From NCBI RefSeq assembly GCF_009914755.1, contig NC_060938.1: DNA of 64,000 bases; one strand, written 5' to 3'. The notes beneath the pieces are model-generated. The model saw nothing but the letters and a program-made list of their open reading frames with translations, ran no database searches and was not told the origin of the DNA. The position numbers and the translations under genes were made by a program. Shown here piece after piece: positions 1 to 14,844 of the stretch. This stretch comes from the human T2T-CHM13v2.0 reference genome, Homo sapiens. The first letter of the stretch is position 1; every line of letters starts with the position of its first letter.

Positions 1-12
1 ACTTATGTGAAG

Positions 13-318
13 ATATATGTATATGAAGATACAGACACACACACAGAGATACACACACATATACAGTAGTCCCTCATACACAAAGATACATATATATCTT
101 TGTATATATGTGTATATACAAAGATGTATATATGTATATATAAGGATGTATATATGTGTACATGCAAAGTTGTATATATGTATATACAAAGATATATTTG
201 TATATATGTGTATCATTGTACATATATATACACACACACAAAGTTACACACACATACACAGAAGGTATATGTATGTGTGTGTGTGTGTGTGTGCATATAT
301 ATATATATATATATATAC
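13..318. repeat. Compound (TA)n/(CA)n/(TG)n low-complexity microsatellite
   Basis: Alternating purine-pyrimidine runs seen directly. The four ORFs here are repeat read-throughs (Y/I/H/T/V/C rich). Confidence 0.95.
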
Positions 319-2639
319 CCCTCTTTCAAATATTTGAGTTATATGTGTATTTAAATATATATCTCTGCCCTGTTATGTTATACTCAGTACAAAATCTTTA
401 AGGGTAATTTGGGAAAGAAAAGATAATCTATGGGCATTAATACATTCCCACAGAAATTTAAATTTAGGATTTCTATCTAGAGGAATTACCAAAAATTTGC
501 AGAAAATAGTTTTGATTATACTTGGGAGCTTTTCTGAGTTGTGTTTAATAAACATGAGTATTGAAAAAATCTAGTATTTGCAGAACTGAGGAATTGCTAT
601 AATAATGTGTGTACATCCATTGATGAAATTTCAATTTACTAAAAATTATTTGATTAAGAATGCTTAATAGTAATTGAAATGTTTATGACACAGCTTGCCA
701 CATATGCATTGCCAAATACGCAGGAACTAATGCAAAATATGTGAGTTAGTATATGTCTGTGTGGATGGTAAACAATTTTGCAAGTGTTGTTCATATATCT
801 TCACCACTTCTTTATAGCTGGATAATCATATATATCATATATTTTATTTTCTTAAGACTTTTGCAAGTCTCTAATAAGCACATACGACTGTTTATATTCT
901 GATTTAAAAATATATTTTGCCTCTCATTAGCAGAATCTAAACCAGAAATCTAATAAAAGAATTCTGGTAAAGGACATTCCCAGGGTTCTGGCCTCAAGGT
1001 ATGGGCATACCTCAGTCTGAAGTTTGTAAGGCTAAAGATTACTTGAATTGAGTTTCCTCACCATTTGAGAAGAAAGGAAAACATAAAAGCAATTAATTTT
1101 GTTTTGGCTTCTTAGATTGAATTTGATAGACAAGTTTTTTAAAAATAAACTTGCATTCTGCAACTTCCCTGATTTCAGGGCAATTTGGAAGCAAAAACTT
1201 ATAATAAATATACATGAGTAAGGAAGAAAGGCAAAGCTTTCTAGCAATTTTCTAATGAGAAAAAGAAAACCCACATCTGAGTAACTGGATTGTACCTGCA
1301 GTGGAATTCCGCATAATGCCTAGGCTCAAGTGGGTAAAGTATGGGTTATATGGTGGGCTTTAGAGATTTTTGAGAAGTGATGTGTTCTAAAATACATAAA
1401 TATCTCCAAAATATTATGTTTGCCAAAAGTCAATCACTAAACAAATATCTAAAATAGTGTCTGGCATTGAACATGAAGTCATTACCAATATGGAAACAGC
1501 ATTTGTCATTATTGATTGCATAGAGTGTATAAGCAAAGTGATTGCACATAGTTAATTATCAGTAACTAATTGAATAAATATTAGAATGCAAACTGCTGCA
1601 AAGGATAAATCTTAAGTTCCACACAAATAGGTAGTAACAGAGCAGGAAACCACATCAACTCACAGAGTATGCTAAGTCAAATAGTGAACACTTTTGAGAC
1701 AGGATACTAAGTGAAAATAGGTAATAAGAGAAACAGTCACTATTTCAGTAATGCTTTAAGTAGCCCCAATATATAATACTTATATACAGCCAATAATACT
1801 TATAGAATGTGATGAAGTTACCTACACTAATTCTATACCAATTATTTCATAAAAGAGAATATTCAATCAAAATATTAATATATAAAATCTGAATGTATGC
1901 TTTTTCTCTCTAATGGACCTTGAAATTTTAATGAGGTTCTTGAAAGACATATAAAATTTCTGTTAGAATCCTACATGAATCTTAAAAATTAATACTTATA
2001 TATCTCCTTCTGTAAAAATCAGACAACATAAAAAAGTACTGAACAAAAATGTTTTAACAGTGAAATAGAAGAAACACCACCTGAACAGAAAACGCTCCTC
2101 TTTGAGAGATAAATAATACTATGTCAAAAATTATACATATTGTTATCATAAATATTTAGTAGTCAATATTCCAATTTTCTACAACGTACATATATGATAT
2201 AGTCAAACATACAAAATGAGAAGGGATCCAGCTAAAAAAGAATGTAATTAAATAATTAACAAATTCTTAGTTAAATTCCTGGTTATTTCATTTCTAATCG
2301 AGATATTTTACTGTAGGTTGTGTTTATCATAATTATAACCATTGCCTGTGAGAATTATTTAATCGATTAATTAAATGTAATTCTTCTTGAATAATGGCTT
2401 GTGTCTTGGAAATAATGGCATGCACTGCGAAACCAACTACCATTTTTACCTCCATTGCTATCTAACACATTCCCACTCATCTTAAGTAATCATGTCAAGT
2501 ATTATATAGCATTTTCTTAAAAATGGAAAGTTATTTTCTAAAGCAATATGGGTTCAGAGCTTAACAGAAGAAAAGATCCCTCCATGATAAAGCCTATAAA
2601 TATTATAAATGTAAGAAGGGAAGTGGACGGTGCTAAAAA

Positions 2640-4960
2640 AAAGTGACTAGAGTAATATAACATAATGGGCATTGGAAGTTCAGAAAAGTTTTTTAAAAGA
2701 GGTGATATATAAGGTGAAACTTGACAAATAAATAGATGTTACCCAGATAAAAGAAAAGATGGTAGACAATGTTTTTTAAAAAGGCATAATTAGAGCCAAA
2801 TCCTGAGTGAACTCCCACTCACCATTGCTACAAAGAGAATAAAATACCTAGGAATACAACTTACAAGGTATATGAAGGACCTCTTCAAGGAGAACTACAA
2901 ACCACAGCTCAAGGAAATAAGAGAGGACACAAACAAATGGAAGGACATTCCATGCTCATGGATAGGAAGAATCAATATCGTGAAAATGGCCGTACTGCCT
3001 AAAGTAATTTATAGATTCAATGCTACCCCCATCAAGCTACCACTGACTTTCTTCACATAATTAGAAAAAACTACTTCAAATTTCATATGGAACCAAAAAA
3101 AGAGCCTGTACAGCCAAGGCAATTCTAAGCAAAAAGAACAAAGCTGGAGGCATCACACTACCTGACTTCAAACTATACTACAAGGCTACAGTAAGCAAAA
3201 CAGAATGGTACTGGTAGTAAAACAGATATATAGACCAATGAAACAAAACACAGTCTTCAGAAAAAATGCCGTACATCTACAACCATCTGAAGTTTGACAA
3301 ACCTAACAAAAACAAGCAATGGGGAAAGGATTCCCTATTTAATAAATGGTGTTGGGAAAACTGGCTAGCCATATGCAGAAAACTGAAACTGGACCCCTTC
3401 CTTACACCTTAAACAAAAATTAACTCAAGATGGATTAAAGACTTAAATGTAAGACCTAAATCCATAAAAACCCTAGGAGAAATCCTAGGCAATACCATTC
3501 AGGACATAGGCATGGGCAAAGACTTCATGACTAAAACACCAAAAGCAATGGCAACAAAAGCCAAAATTGACAAATCGGATCTAATTAAACTAAAGAACTT
3601 CTTCACATAAAAAACAAACAAACAAACAAAAAACTATCATCAGAGTGAACAGGCAACCTACAGAATGGGAGAAAATTTTTGCAATCTATCCATCTGACAA
3701 AAGGCTAATATCCAGAATCTACAAGTAAGTTAAACAAATTTACAAGAAAAAAAAACATCAAAAATGGGCGAAGGATATGAACAGACACTTCTCAAAAGAA
3801 GACATTTATGCGGCCAACAAACTTATGAAAGAAAGCTCATCATCACTGGTCATTAGAGAAATGCAAATCAAAACCACAATGAGATATCATCTCATGCCAG
3901 TTAGAATGGCAATCATTAAAAAGTCAGGAAACAACAGATGCTGGAGAGGATGTGAAGAAATAAGAACACTTTTACATTGTTGGTGGGAGTGTAAATTAGT
4001 TAAACCATTGTGGAAGACAGTGTGGCGATTCTTCAAGCATCTAGAACCAGAAATGCCATTTAACCCAGCAATCCCACTACTGGGTAAATACTGAAAGGAT
4101 TATAAATCATTCTACTATAAAGACATATGCACACCTATGTTTATTGAAGCACTATTCACAATAGCAAAGACTTGGAACCAACCCAAATGCCCATCAATGA
4201 TAGACTGGATAAAGAAAATGTGGCACATATACACCATGGAACACTATGTAGTCATAAAAAAGTATGAGTTCATGTCTTTTGCAGGGACAAGAATGAAGCT
4301 TGAAACCATCATTCTCAGCAAAATAACACAGGAACAGAAACCCAAACACCACATCATCTCACTCATAAGTGGGAGTTGAACAATGAGAACACATGGACAC
4401 AGGGAGGGGAACATCATAAACCAGGGCCTGTCGGGGGATTAGGGGTTAGGGGAGGGATAGAATTAGGAGAAATACCTAATGTAGATGATCGGTTGATATG
4501 TGCAGCAAACCACCATGGCATGTGTATACCTATGCAACAAACCTGCACGTTCTGCACATGTATCCCAGAACTTAAAGTTTAATAAAAAGAAGCATAATTA
4601 AATTATTAAAAATTCACAATAGCTAAGCATGACTGTTTGTGTCTTGAGTCTATAGAACTGAGAAGTATAGAAGTGAAAATCTAGAGCCAAATTACTCAGG
4701 AGTTTGAATGCTATGTGAAATTTTAAAAAGCTTTACCTTAAGGAAATGAAAAGTGTAATAATTTTTAAATTTTAGAACAATTATTCTGACAGTAGAATAT
4801 ATAAAGAGTAGCCAACTAAGACATAAGAGATGAAAAGGCAATTTTAAGAGGGTCAGTTTGGTAATTTAGAAAAGAGATCATGGTGGCTTAACTTCTGGAA
4901 GTGGCAGTGAGTATGAAAAAATGCAGATGGATTTGATAGATAAGCCTGAATTATCAGGCT
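2640..4960 (-). mobile_element. Degraded L2 fragment (about 2640-2790 and 4600-4960) interrupted by the L1PA7-like insertion
   Basis: Purine-rich L2-like sequence on both sides of the L1 (gaggtgatat..gaaacttga; gagatcatggtggcttaac..gtggcagtgag). Confidence 0.45.
2792..4590 (+). mobile_element. 5'-truncated L1 (L1PA7-like): 3' part of ORF2, 3'UTR and short A tail
   Basis: ORF2 remnants 2872-3060 ([22 protein letters not shown]), 3777-4094 ([15 protein letters not shown] Cys-rich motif) and 4137-4379. L1PA7-type 3'UTR (aatacctaatgtagatga..tatcccagaacttaaag). TSD-like aaaaaggcataatta 2778-2792 / aaaaagaagcataatta 4584-4600. Confidence 0.95.
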
Positions 4961-5679
4961 TAGTCATTATGTGATATATGGGCTAAGAAATTTCATCTAT
5001 AAAACTTGTGCAGTGTGATGTAGAAAAAATCACACACAACAGATATTGAGACACACAGATTGTCAATTAATGTATTATTCAGGGCTATACCTTGGGTATG
5101 TAACAACAAGAGTATAGAAGTTTTTAACCCTCTCCAGCTCTATGTAAAATTATTTTCAGTAATATTCGTGTTATCAGGAATAATAACCGGAATTTCATAA
5201 TTTATTCTTTAGTTTTCAAACAACATTAAAGAGAAAATAAGTTTCAAATACAAAATCCAATTTCAGTAAAATATTTCATATATGAACTAAAATTTACAAC
5301 TTACTAGACAAAAAAAAATTACTCATTGATAGCCACACTCTGTCTCACAGTTTCCAATTTTGAAAGCAAATAAAATCTCCAAATAGACTTACAGAATAAA
5401 AGAACTGAAATAACTAAAGGTTTGTTTCATTACAATGACTATAATATCATGGCTAGTTTTGAATCTACTGTTTAATGGGAGAAATAAGGAATATTATAGG
5501 GATTTAAAATACAAAGCAAGCTCCAGGAATTCCCAATCTTTATAAACTTACTTTCAATAGAAACACGTGTTTCAGGGATCCTTCCATATAACTGAGAATT
5601 CCCAAAAGTAATTCCATTTAGAATACAGTGTAAAATGTCAATGTTTATTAATGAATGATGAATTATGTTCATCTGATTT

Positions 5680-5807
5680 ATGTATCTGTATATATGCATA
5701 TATGTATATAATCTTAAGCATATATCAACATATGCATAGAGCATATGTATAACAATGTATATGTATGTGTATGTGTATATGTATATGTATGTGCATATGT
5801 ATATGTA
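5680..5807. repeat. (TATG/TA)n microsatellite
   Basis: Seen directly. Confidence 0.85.
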
Positions 5808-6170
5808 TGGTATGGTTTGGCTGTGTGTCCCCACCCAAATTTCATATCAAATCGTAATCCCCCAGTGTTGAGGGAGGAACCTGGTAGGAGGTGATTGCAT
5901 CATGGGAGCAGTTTCCCCCATGCAGTTCATGTGATAGTGAGTTCTCACAAGATAATGCTTTTATAAGTGTTTGGCAAGTTTCTCCATCAGTTGCTCACTC
6001 TCTCACCTGCCGCCATGTAAGAAGTGCCTTCTTCCCCTTCTGCCATGATTATAAGCTGCCTGAGGCCTCCCCAGCCATGTGGAACTGTGAGTCTATTAAA
6101 TCTCCTTTGTTTATAAATTACCCAGTCTTGTGTAATATCTTTACAGCAGTGTGAAAACGAACTACTATCA
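5808..6170 (+). mobile_element. Solo MaLR LTR, THE1D-like
   Basis: Starts tggtatggtttggctgtgtgtccccacccaaat, contains gaggcctccccagccatgtggaactgtgagtc, ends ataaattacccagtc..gtgtgaaaacgaactactatca. Confidence 0.9.
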
Positions 6171-9100
6171 CATATATACATATATAATATGTGATATTTT
6201 TATATATCACCTGCTCTGGATGAAGATATATGTATTTATTTTATACTTAGAACTATAAAATACTCCATTGTTTGAGGGTTAGTAAATAATTCTGGTAATA
6301 TTTTATACAACTCTACAGGTTGTATAAAAGGAGTTAATAACCGCCTGTATTTTTTCACCTGCTTTCTAGTAACAGCCTATACTGAAACTGCCTATGGAAT
6401 CAGTAAGTCACAATTTTCTAAATTTGCTGAAATCATTTGACAAAGTAAGTTAAAAGAGACAGGAGAAAGCTTTACAATAAATAACAAAGGAATTTAGAAC
6501 ATTTTAACATCTCAGAAGATGAAAAGTTGGTATTTTTTACTTACTGTTTTACAGTTAGAAGCTCTGGGTATAATGTCCTAGAAACTGTCTTTTTAAAAAT
6601 GAGAAATTTGCAATTGAAAAACAGCAAGTTAGACTATTATGCTCATTTCTATGCTTGCAAGTAAGAAAGATTTGAGATAGTGTTGTATTTAATACAAAAA
6701 ATTAGATCACTTTTCTTCCCCATCTCCTTTTTATATCATTTGAAGATTTATTTCAGTCAAATAATGTATCAGTAATTGTTATCTAAAATATTATATTACT
6801 TAATCACACTCTCCATTAATGGAATTGAGAATAAAACTTAAAAAGTTCAAAATATTACATCATTTTGAAAATTTCAGGCAAGAGACAGTGCACACAAAAA
6901 GCAAATTAAAAACAAATGTGATAGAAAAATAATAAAAAAATAATCAAAATTTTCAAATTATATTTTTATTAAAATCCTTTATTTATCACAAATATTGTAG
7001 CCTCCATACTGTCTCCTCGGTTATAGGTAACTAGGTAAGCTATGCTAGACAATGAAGCAAAGTTCCTATAAGTCAGATGGTACGTCAGATTCAAATTTTA
7101 ATTATATAAATTCTGAGTAGTGTGATTTGAGAAAATTAAATCTCTGTATGTGTCAGTCTACTATTGTGAAAGAAAGAAGAAATAGTATATATCTAGTCTA
7201 TAGAATAGTTTGATTTATCACATTCAGTGAAGTAATCCACTTCTAGCCAGCACTTTATCTAGCTTATTCTGGCTTCAGCTCTCTGATGGCTTTAACTGTT
7301 TCTCTCTTGCTCTGGCATAAGGTAACAGTTGCCTACAACGTACGCCTGATATTTAACCACCATGTATGAGTCCTTTAAACTGCTAAAACCTATAGAAATA
7401 TTGTCTACATTACAGTCTCTGGAATTAAATCGTTTGAATTATGTTGTGCCATTCCAGATATTTAACAGACAGTGCTTTAGTTTCTAAATGCTACACTTGA
7501 GACAAATGTATGTTTTGCAAAACATAAACTAATAAAACATTTTCATTGCCTATATTTTATTAAAAATCAATACTTTATTTTCATACATGCATTTAGAATA
7601 TATACAGCGTAAGTCCACTGAATACTGATTTATGTACTTAATATTCTGTCTTTTATTAATAATATATTTCCCCTTAAGATATTTGACTTATGTGTAACCA
7701 ACAAAAAATGAAAGTGAAAGCCTCATATGTTTATAATTAAAAACCTAATATTCTCACTATAAAATATGTATGGAAAATTCAAAGAAAATAGCATCTTATG
7801 ATTTTGTGTTTATAACAAGAAATACCAATATTTACTCTGTGAAAAAAATGGTGCCTTAAGCAGTTAGTCACATAAAATACAATATGAACGAGCTGCAACA
7901 TATATTTATAAAGATAATAAGAATATAAAAGATGTCATTATCCATATAAAAATGTAGAAAGTTCCAATTTCCAACCAATATTAGTTTTGAAATATTTTAT
8001 ATATATTTTACATTTTTTGAATGGTTCAACATTTTATAATATGTACTACATACAAAAGTATTAATAACAGTTGCTTTCCAAGTGTATTGTCTAAAGATCT
8101 ATAATTATTGCTTACACAATTTAATAACTAATTACAAGAATACATAATGAATAATAAGCCAGAACTAACAAGTTGTGATTACACATAAGTGATAATCTTT
8201 TAGTCTGTCAAATAAATGAATGGGTAATGAAGACAGAGAAAACTAAAATAACTAAGTCAAACTGTAATATCATTTAAATATGAGTAAATACCATAATTTT
8301 ATCATCTTTTGACATTAAAAAACTTATATTTTTTGCCTATAACTACATATAACTGATTCATTACCTGTTTATCTTATTCTAGTGCCACATTTGTAACATT
8401 GTAGTTAAGGCTGTGTCAGCATTTCCATTATAATTTTATATTTTCATCTATTTGTAATTCTGCAATTGAAATTTTTTCAGAACCAAAGTTGGACAGCAAC
8501 ATGTTTTTCATAGAGGACATTAAAAACAAGTTTTTAAAAGCTAACACTCATTTGAAAGATATATCTTATCCTGAGAATAGAATGTATTGTAAATGATGCC
8601 AGTTGCTAGTTTTGATATTCTTCATATTTATTTTTTGTTTTTTAGTAAATATTTCTTTTGACTGAGAAAATAATAGGTATTACTAAAATATACATTTTAT
8701 TTTTCATTAAAAACAAACAAATATTATATATTAGGTTTATAAATTTAACTTTAAAATAACACAATATAGATACACTACTTTGTCTTTTGATCTGTGATAT
8801 TACAGGTTAATCTTCAAGTTTTATGAAAAAATTGACAAGCAGAAAAATATTTATAAAATTACTTAATACTTTTGAACATGCAAAAAAGTTAACTTTACAT
8901 GTTCTCAGTTCATGAATAACTATAAAGAAAATAAAACATAGCCAAAATAGTCTTTACACTTACATGTGCAATTCAATCATCTGTATTTTAGCTGGACAAA
9001 AAAATCGAGAGTAATAAATTAACAAGTACCAATATTTAAAAATTATTTCATTTTTTGATGCTCATATTCAAAGTAAGACAACTACCAGAATAGAATTAAA

Positions 9101-10195
9101 ATAAAAAATAATACTATTTAAATATTATTAAAACATAAAAAAATTGCAGAATATTATAATTCAATGTTTGTCTTATGTACAAAATCTGTAGTAAAGTTTA
9201 CGAGCACAACATCACAAGAATTATATCAAATTATAATTCACAATATTTATGTTAATTAAATCATCAATATTTTCGACAAGTATCAACATCTGAAGTTATT
9301 TTATAAAGGAAGACAAGTTATTATATTTTTAGTTATGAAATTTGGAATTTTTGCAATGCAATCTTTTTTTACATTTAGTTTTTGTTTTAGGTACAGAAGT
9401 TACATGTACATATTTATTACTAATTGCATGACACTGAGTATTGCATGACACTGAGGTTTGTAATATGGATCCCCTTACCCCGGTAGTGGTTGTAGTATCA
9501 GATAGGTATTTTTTTAACCCACACACCCTCCCTCCACCCTCTGGTAGTCCACAGTATCTACTGTTTCCTTATTTGTGTCCATGTGTGCTCAATGCTTAGC
9601 TCCCAATTATAAGTGAGAATATGCAGTATTTGGTTTTTCGTTTCTGCACTAATTTGGTTAGGTTGATGGCCTCTAGCTCCACTGATGTTGCTGCAAAGGA
9701 TATGATTTCATCCTTTTATAGATGATCCTATGGTGTATATGTACCACATTTTTTTATCCAATCAACCATTGATGGGAACCTGGGTTGATTCCAAGTCTTT
9801 GCTATTGGGAATAGTGCAATAATAAACATATGCACACATGTGTCTTTTTGATAGAATGATTTCTTTTTGGAGGATGTATAAACCCAGTAATGGGATTGTT
9901 GGGTCAAATGGTAACTGCTTTACGTTCCTTGAGAGATCACGAAACTGCTTTCTACAGTGTTGGACCAATTTACATTCCCACCAACAGTACACAAGCATTT
10001 CCTTTTCTCCATAGTCTTGTCAGCATCTGTTGTTTTTGACTTTTTAATAATAGCCATTCTGAATGTTAGATGGTGCCTCATTGTAGTTTTGATTTGCATT
10101 TCTCTGATGATTAGTGATGCTTGGCATTTTTTCCTGTTTGTTGGTCAATTGTATGTCTTTTATCAAGAAGTGTCTGTTCATGTTCTTTGCCATTA

Positions 10196-10295
10196 TTTTT
10201 TTAAATTTTACTTTAAGTTCCGGGATACATGTGCAGAATGTGCAGGTTTGTTACATAGGTATACATGTGGCATGGTAATTTGCTGCACCTATCAA
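10196..10295 (-). mobile_element. Tiny (~100 bp) L1PA7/8-like 3'-end insertion nested in the older L1
   Basis: ttttactttaagttccgggatacatgtgcagaatgtgcaggtttgttacataggtatacatgtg..gctgcacctatcaa, with TSD-like tgcca..ttttt on both sides (10188, 10296). Confidence 0.85.
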
Positions 10296-11259
10296 TGCCA
10301 ATTTTTTAATGGGGTCATTTGTTCTTTGCTTGTTGATTTGCTTAACTTCCTAATAGATTCTGGATATTAGTTTCTTTTGCTAGGCAGAAGTTCCTTATTT
10401 TAATAAGATCTCACTTGTCAATTTTTGTTTTTGTTTCAAATTCATTTGAGGACATAGCCAAAATTCTTTGCTGAGACTGAAGTCAAGAAAAGTATTTCCT
10501 AGGTTGTCTTTCAGGATTTTTCTAGTTTGAAATCTTAAATCTTTAATCTTTACACTTTAATCTTTTGAGTTAATCTTCATATATGGTGAAAAGTAGGGGC
10601 CCAGGTTTTATGTTCTGCATACGACTAGCCGATTATCCCAGCACTATTTATTGAATAGGGCTTCCTTTCCTCATTGCCTGTTTTTCTTGGTCTTGTCAAA
10701 GATCAGATATTTCTGAGTTTTCCATAATTTTCCATTGGTCTATATGTCTGTTTTTGATGCAGTACCACCTGTTTTGGTTATTATGGTTTTATATAGTTTG
10801 AAATCAGGTAGAGTGATGCCTCCAGCTTCATTCTTTTTATTTAGGATTGTTTTGGCCCTTCAGGCTCCTTTTTAGTTCCACATAAATTTTAGATAAGTTT
10901 TTTTCTAATTCTGTAAAGAATCACGTTGTTGGTTTCATAGAAATGGCATGGAATCTGAAAATTGCTTTAGGTTGCATGGCCATTTTAACAATATTGATTG
11001 TTCCAATCCATGAGCATCAAATGCTTTTCCATTTATTTGTGTTGTCTGTGATTTCCTTCAATGATGTTTTGCAGTTTATCTTGTAGAGATGTTTTTCATC
11101 TCCTTGGTTAGCTGTACTCCTAGGTATTTTCAATTCTTTTTTTTCATTTTGGCTATTATGAGTGGGGTTGTGTTCTTGATTTCACTCTCAGCCTGGATGT
11201 TATAGGTGTATAGAAATGCTACTGCTTTTTGTATATTGATTTTGTGTCCTGAAACTTTA

Positions 11260-11562
11260 TTTTTTTATTTTTATTTTTTTCAGACAAGGCCTGGCTCTAT
11301 CGCTCAGGCCAGAGTGCAGAGGTGCTATCTCAACTCACTGCAACCTCCGCCTCACAGCCTCAAGCCATTCTCCCAACTCAGCCTCCCAAGTAGATGGGAC
11401 CACAGGATTGTACCACCACACTCGGAAAATTTTTGTGTTTTTGGTAGAGATGGTGTTTCGCCATGTTGCCCAGGTTGGTCTCCAACTCCTGAGCTCAAGC
11501 GATCTGCCCGCCACCACTTCTCAAAGTGCTGGGATCACAGGCATGAGCCACCACACCCAGCA
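11260..11562 (-). mobile_element. Alu (AluJb-like)
   Basis: Antisense Alu dimer with J-type ctcctgagctcaagcgatc. TSD gtcctgaaa(c/g)ttta 11246-11259 / 11566-11579. Confidence 0.93.
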
Positions 11563-14034
11563 AGGGTCCTGAAAGTTTACTGAAGTTGTCTATAAATTTT
11601 AGGAGCCTTTTAGCAGAGTCTTTAGGATGTTCTTGGTATAGAAGCATATAGTAAATGAAGAGATATACTTGAGTTTTCTATGTTGATGCCTTTTATTACT
11701 TGTTCTTGCCTGATTGGCTGGGCCAGGACTTCCAGTATTTTGTTGAATAGAAGTGGTTAGAGTAGACATCTTTATCTTGTTCTATTTCTCAAGGGAAACT
11801 TCTTAAGCTTTTGCTCTTTCATTGTGTTGTTTGCTGTGGGTTTATCCAAGCTGGCTCTTATGGTTTTGAGGTATTTTTTTTGATGCCTAGTCCTTTGAAG
11901 TTTTTTATCATTAAGAGATGTTGGAACTTATCGAATGCTTTCTCTGTGTCTATAGAGATAATCATATGGTTTTTGCTTTTTCTTTTGTTTATGTGGTGAA
12001 TCACATATATGGATTTAAATATGTTGAACAAGCCTTGCATCGGAGGAACACAGACTACTTGATTATGGTGTATTAGCTTTTTGATATGCCGCTGGATTCA
12101 ATGTGTTAGTATTTTATTTAGGATTTTTGTGTCATGAATGATATTGTTCTAAAGTTTATTTTCTTCATTCTGTGTCTGCCAGATATGGTAAAAGGCTGAG
12201 GCTAGCTTCATAGAATGAGTTAAGAGGGAGCCTCTCCTCGATTTATTGGGATAATATTAGTAGGATGGGTATCAGCTCTTTGTAAATCTGGTAGAATTCA
12301 TCTCATCTATGAATCCATCTGATTCTTTATTAATGATTCAATTTCAGCAGTTCATGTTTGTCTGTTCAGTTTCAATCTCTTCCTGATTCAATCCTGGCAG
12401 ACTGTATGCTTCCAGGACTTTATTCATTTCCACTAAATTTTCTAATTTGTTCACAGAGTTTTTCATAGTAGTCTTTGAGAATCTTTCATATTTTTGTAGG
12501 ATCACTGTTAATATCACCTTTGTCATTTGTGATTGTGATTATTTGGATTTCCTTCTTTTTCTTTGTTAATCTAGCTAGCAGCCAATCAATCTTATTTTTC
12601 AAAAGCCAACTCTTCATTTCATTGATCTTTTGTATAAACTTTTACATTTCAATTTCATTCAATTATTCTCAAATCTTAGTTATTTCCTTTCTTCTTCCAG
12701 CTTTGGGGTTGGTTTGTTCCTTTTTTTTTCTTTAGTTCTTTAGGTGGAAAGTAAGATTGTTAATGTCAGACTTTCCAACTTCTTGATGAAGACATTATAT
12801 GGCTATAAACTTTCCTTTTAATACTGCTTTTTCTGCACCATAGAGATTTTGGTAAGTTGTGTCCCTATTTCTATTAATTTCATTGTTTTTAAATTTCTGC
12901 CTTAATTTCAATATTTACCCAGAAGTTATTCAGGAGTAATTTGTTCAATTTCCATGGGTTTCTGTAGTTTTGAGTGGTCTTCTTGGTATTTTATTGCACT
13001 GTGGTCTGAGAGTGCTTGGTACGATTTTTTGAAAATATCGAGATGGTTTTATTACTGAGCATGTGGTCACTATTAGAACAATGTTCCATCCTGCACATGA
13101 GAACAATGCATATTCTTTGGTGGTAGGGTGAAATGTTTGGTAAATTTTTATTAGGTCCAATCGGTCAAGTGTTAAATCTACCTCATTGATTTGTCTAATG
13201 CTGTTAGTGTGGTGTTGGGGTGACCCACTATTATTGTGTGGTCAAGGAAATCTTTTCATAGGCCAAAAGAACATGTTTTATAAATCTGGGTGCACCAATG
13301 TTGAATGAGTATATATTTAGGATAGTTAACTCTTCTTCTTGGATTGCACCCTTTATGATTATGAAATGACCTCTATTGTCTTTAATTTGTATTGGTTTAA
13401 AGTCTGTCCTATCTGATATAAGGATATAGACTCCTGCTCTTTTTGTTTCTGCTTGCATGGTAGATTTTACTCCACCCTTTTACTTTGAGGGTCTTGTATT
13501 GTTACATATGAGATGGGTCTCTTGATGACAATATATAGTAGAGTCTTGTCTCTTTATTCAGCCTTCCATTCTGTGTCTTCAAGTGGGGCATTTTGCCAAT
13601 TTACGTTAAAGGTTAGTACTGATATGTGTGATATTGATCTGATCATGGTGTTATTAGCTGGCTGTTACATAAATTTGTTTAGTTGCTTTATAGCGTCTGT
13701 GGGCTCTGTGCTTAAGTGTGCTTTTGTGGTAATGGGTGTCATTCCTTTGAATCCCTGTTTAGTATTCCTTTAAGGACTTCTGCTATGGCTGGTCTAGTTT
13801 AAACATATTCCTTCAGCATTTGCTTGTCAAAGGATTTTATTTTTCCTCCACTTATGTAGCTTAGTTTGGCAGGATATAAAACTCTTGGTTAAAATTTCGT
13901 TTTTTAAGGATACAGAAAGTAGGTCTCCCAATGTCTTCTGGCTTGTAAGGTTTCTGCTGAGACATCTGCTCCTAATGAGTTTTCCTCTGTAGGTAACCTG
14001 CCCCTTCTTTCTAGCTGCTTTCAAGATTTTTTTT

Positions 14035-14416
<382 letters not shown>

Positions 14417-14680
14417 TCAGGCTGTATTTCATTTGCAAATCCACCTCTCTGGTTCAATTAGGAAATTTTTCATGTATTATATCCTGAAACTTTTTTTCCA
14501 AGTGGTTTATTTACATTTACTATTCCTTCTTAGGAAGGCCTTTGAGTCATAGATTTGATCTTTTTACATCTTTGAGGTCTGAAATTCTTTCCTCAGCTTG
14601 GTCTATTCTCATGTTAATACTTCCAATTATATTATGAAATCCTTGTACTGAATTTCTAAGCTCAAGATGCTGAGTTTGAG

Positions 14681-14840
14681 TCTCTCCTGACACCATGTAA
14701 GATGTGTCTTACTTCTCCTTTGCCTTCTACCATGAGGACTCCCCAGCCATGCAGAGCTGTAAGTCAATTAAACCTCTTTTTTCATAAATTACCCAGTCTC
14801 AGGTAATGTCTTTATAGCAGTGTGAAAACAGAATGATACA
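14681..14840 (+). mobile_element. 3' half of a MaLR LTR (THE1D/MSTA-like)
   Basis: ccatgtaagatgtg..ccccagccatgc..aaattacccagtctcagg..gtgtgaaaacagaatgataca. The 5' half is absent. Confidence 0.85.
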
Positions 14841-14844
14841 CATA

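Noticed and set aside
4941-4962. Hairpin taagcctga-atta-tcaggctta
   Set aside because: A 9-bp stem is expected by chance in 64 kb.
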